Assembly: GCA_044892525.1 (NCBI GenBank)
Contig: CM097885.1
Span: forward strand, 204,662,001 to 204,726,000
From: Schmidtea polychroa
Lineage: Eukaryota
Reading direction: 5' to 3'
DNA: 64,000 bases
A model generated the notes under the pieces. The model saw only the letters and a list, made by a program, of their open reading frames with translations, was not told where the DNA came from and made no database searches. Numbering within the stretch: the first letter of the stretch is position 1; the number at the start of each line of letters is the position of its first letter. This document shows, in pieces, positions 62,206 to 64,000 of the stretch. The position numbers and the translations under genes were made by a program.

Positions 62206-62865
62206 TTGAGAAGATTATTTTTTATAAATAAATTCCTTTAAAAATTAGTTTTAATAAGGTTATCAAAAGTCGCAAATAAAACTAATTTAAAAAAATCAAT
62301 AATATCAGAGCACAATTGATTATAATAATCTTCAATTCTTTTTTAAACCTATCTATCAATATTTTGTTTTATATTCAATACAAATTTGTTGATCGATAAT
62401 CTTAAATGAGAAATGAAGACAAAAAACTCGAAAAAAAAGATCATTGGTTGAAGATTTTAATGATAAATTAATAGAACAGATAAAATATTGCAACACCCAC
62501 CAGACAGCACTACCGACTCCTGAACCGAAATCATATAAATTAGCCGGCATGAATTTTGGACATCGTTTGCGAATTTCATAGAAAACTTTGCAACTGGCCG
62601 CAAAATTTGGGGCTAACCGACCGACCAAATACAAATTCGACAGATTTGTCGAATATCTAATAGCATTTGGCTTATCGTCTATTTCGTATTTAATAGATGC
62701 TTCAACGCTTTTCCTGAACATTTGGGAGATTACTTTATAATTGACAGCATCATTGAGAAATAAATCTTCAGATTTGCCATCATTATTTAATGAATTTTCC
62801 ATTTCAAGCATATTAGAAGATATTTTCTTTTTTGCGATATTTTGAATATGTGTTTGTAGATTTTT
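58275..62865 (-). CDS. METTL17: METTL17/RSM22-like mitochondrial small-subunit assembly methyltransferase, partial (exons ~62865-62501, 58793-58400, 58355-58275)
   Basis: YLVGRLAPNFAA...LYDFGSGVGSAVW|AA; YDIVISCYSL; IFIEQGTKAGFQAILEARD; IFSP|CPHSMVCP...CSF. GT-AG junctions are phase-compatible. First and last exons not located. Confidence 0.87.
60197..60413. mobile_element. pogo/Tigger-type MITE in a METTL17 intron
   Basis: TIRs CCGTATATACTTGCGTATAAGTCGAG / CTCGACTTATATGCGAGTATATACGG with TA TSD. Confidence 0.85.
61283..61922. mobile_element. hAT-type MITE in a METTL17 intron
   Basis: TIRs CAGGGTTGCCAAC / GTTGGCAACGCTG; perfect 8-bp TSD GATGTTTA; subterminal TATAGTAC repeats. Confidence 0.87.
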
Positions 62866-63543
62866 CTGTTTTAATGATATAAAATGATAAAAAAAATAGC
62901 GAAACCAAAAAATAGTATAAAAAAATATAAAATTAGAGGAACCAATGGTTATTAATTCTAAAATATTTGGCTATTGTTTTTTCACTGTTACTAGGTTAAA
63001 GAAACGTTTTTATTTGAATTTGGTTTGAAATTGTAATTGCTGATAATATTTCTCCTCAATAAATTGAGTTAGACTAACAAATGAAAGCTTAAAACCTTTT
63101 ATGGAAATAAAATTCACTAAAAACATTCAAAAATTTGAAAGTTACTCGAGAAGAAACTCGAGTAAAAATAAGACAAATTTTATTGAGCTTAATATATTGT
63201 TCTGCTCATATAATAATATATTACATCTAGAATTGATCAGATCTGTACACCTTGCTCGTGATTCATGGTAGAAATTAAGTATTTACAATAACTTTAATCG
63301 ATAACATAATCTTTTATTTCAATATCTGAAAATCGACTTTTTAAAAATCGAATGCATAATTTATTCAATTCCACCAAGTATTTCTTTTAAAACTGTAAAA
63401 CTACGGTCAATATTAAAAATTATTGTAATCAAATCTAAATTAATGATTGAAAATTTTGAATATCCTAATTTCCCCAATATGACCAATTAATCAATTATAT
63501 ATTTATTCTAACGAAAAGCACCAAATCCAATATATACATTTTA

Positions 63544-63960
63544 CTACAATATATTTCGACAGAATCACTGTCATCTTCGGGTAGAATTGAAATCAAACTA
63601 AATCAATATAAATTGCTCTTTTTTTAAACAAACTAATTAACTAATTCATTAAATTTTTTTTAATTAATTTCGCTAAAAATTTACAAAATTCTGTTTTTTA
63701 TATTCAAACTTTAAAAATTATAAAGTTTTAAAATTTTTAAAACTCACAGAAGTTGAAATCATACAAGATTCTAATAAATTTTCCACAAAATTGTGTTTAC
63801 TAATAATAATCAATTGCTTCAGTCGATAGTGATCAGGAACTTGAAAACGGAGATGACGGACAGTCATTCCAATGTATGTGGCATTGCACCCATGACATAA
63901 ATATTCATAACCAAGATCCGAAAACCATCTAAGTAATAATTGAAATCCACTAATAAACAC
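63544..63960 (-). mobile_element. Penelope-like 3' remnant (GIY-YIG fragment plus hammerhead-like motif at 63544-63584)
   Basis: YEYLCHGCNATYIGMTVRHL. Downstream motif CTAC-CCGAAGA-T-GACAG-TGATT-CTGTC-GAAA-TATA-TT-GTAG has a U4C change in the core. Confidence 0.68.
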
Positions 63961-64000
63961 GAAGTTTATTGATGTTATTATTTTACAACGTAATATTTAT

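Overview
Strongly AT-rich eukaryotic DNA, most likely from an invertebrate animal with many short GT-AG introns of about 40-50 nt (the host taxon is an inference). There are four N gaps. Host genes recognised by manual splicing: an acyl-protein thioesterase (LYPLA1/2-like, 8 exons, 17805-25626), a partial METTL17/RSM22-like methyltransferase (minus strand), a VMAC-like coiled-coil gene, partial WD40-like exons, and an unrecognised 2-exon gene for a secreted, cationic, 4-Cys peptide (34309-34662). Most of the rest is transposon debris: Tigger/pogo, two Gypsy relics, hAT, Penelope-like elements with minimal hammerhead ribozymes, a Helitron end and several MITEs. The main feature is a 10.9-kb Polinton/Maverick-like element (36311-47240) with AGTAG...CTACT termini and a perfect 6-bp target duplication (ACGGAA) that splits a gag-like ORF in frame. 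It carries a protein-primed PolB, remnants of the packaging ATPase and probably the protease, and no visible integrase or capsid gene. It also carries an unusual right-arm cassette: a divergent TATA-binding-protein (TBP)-like gene followed by three small genes (Cys-rich, putative OB-fold SSB, acidic plus Zn-finger), two of them spliced. Its left end holds a dense AP-1 / nuclear-receptor motif array. All homology calls come from motif recognition by eye; no database searches were run.
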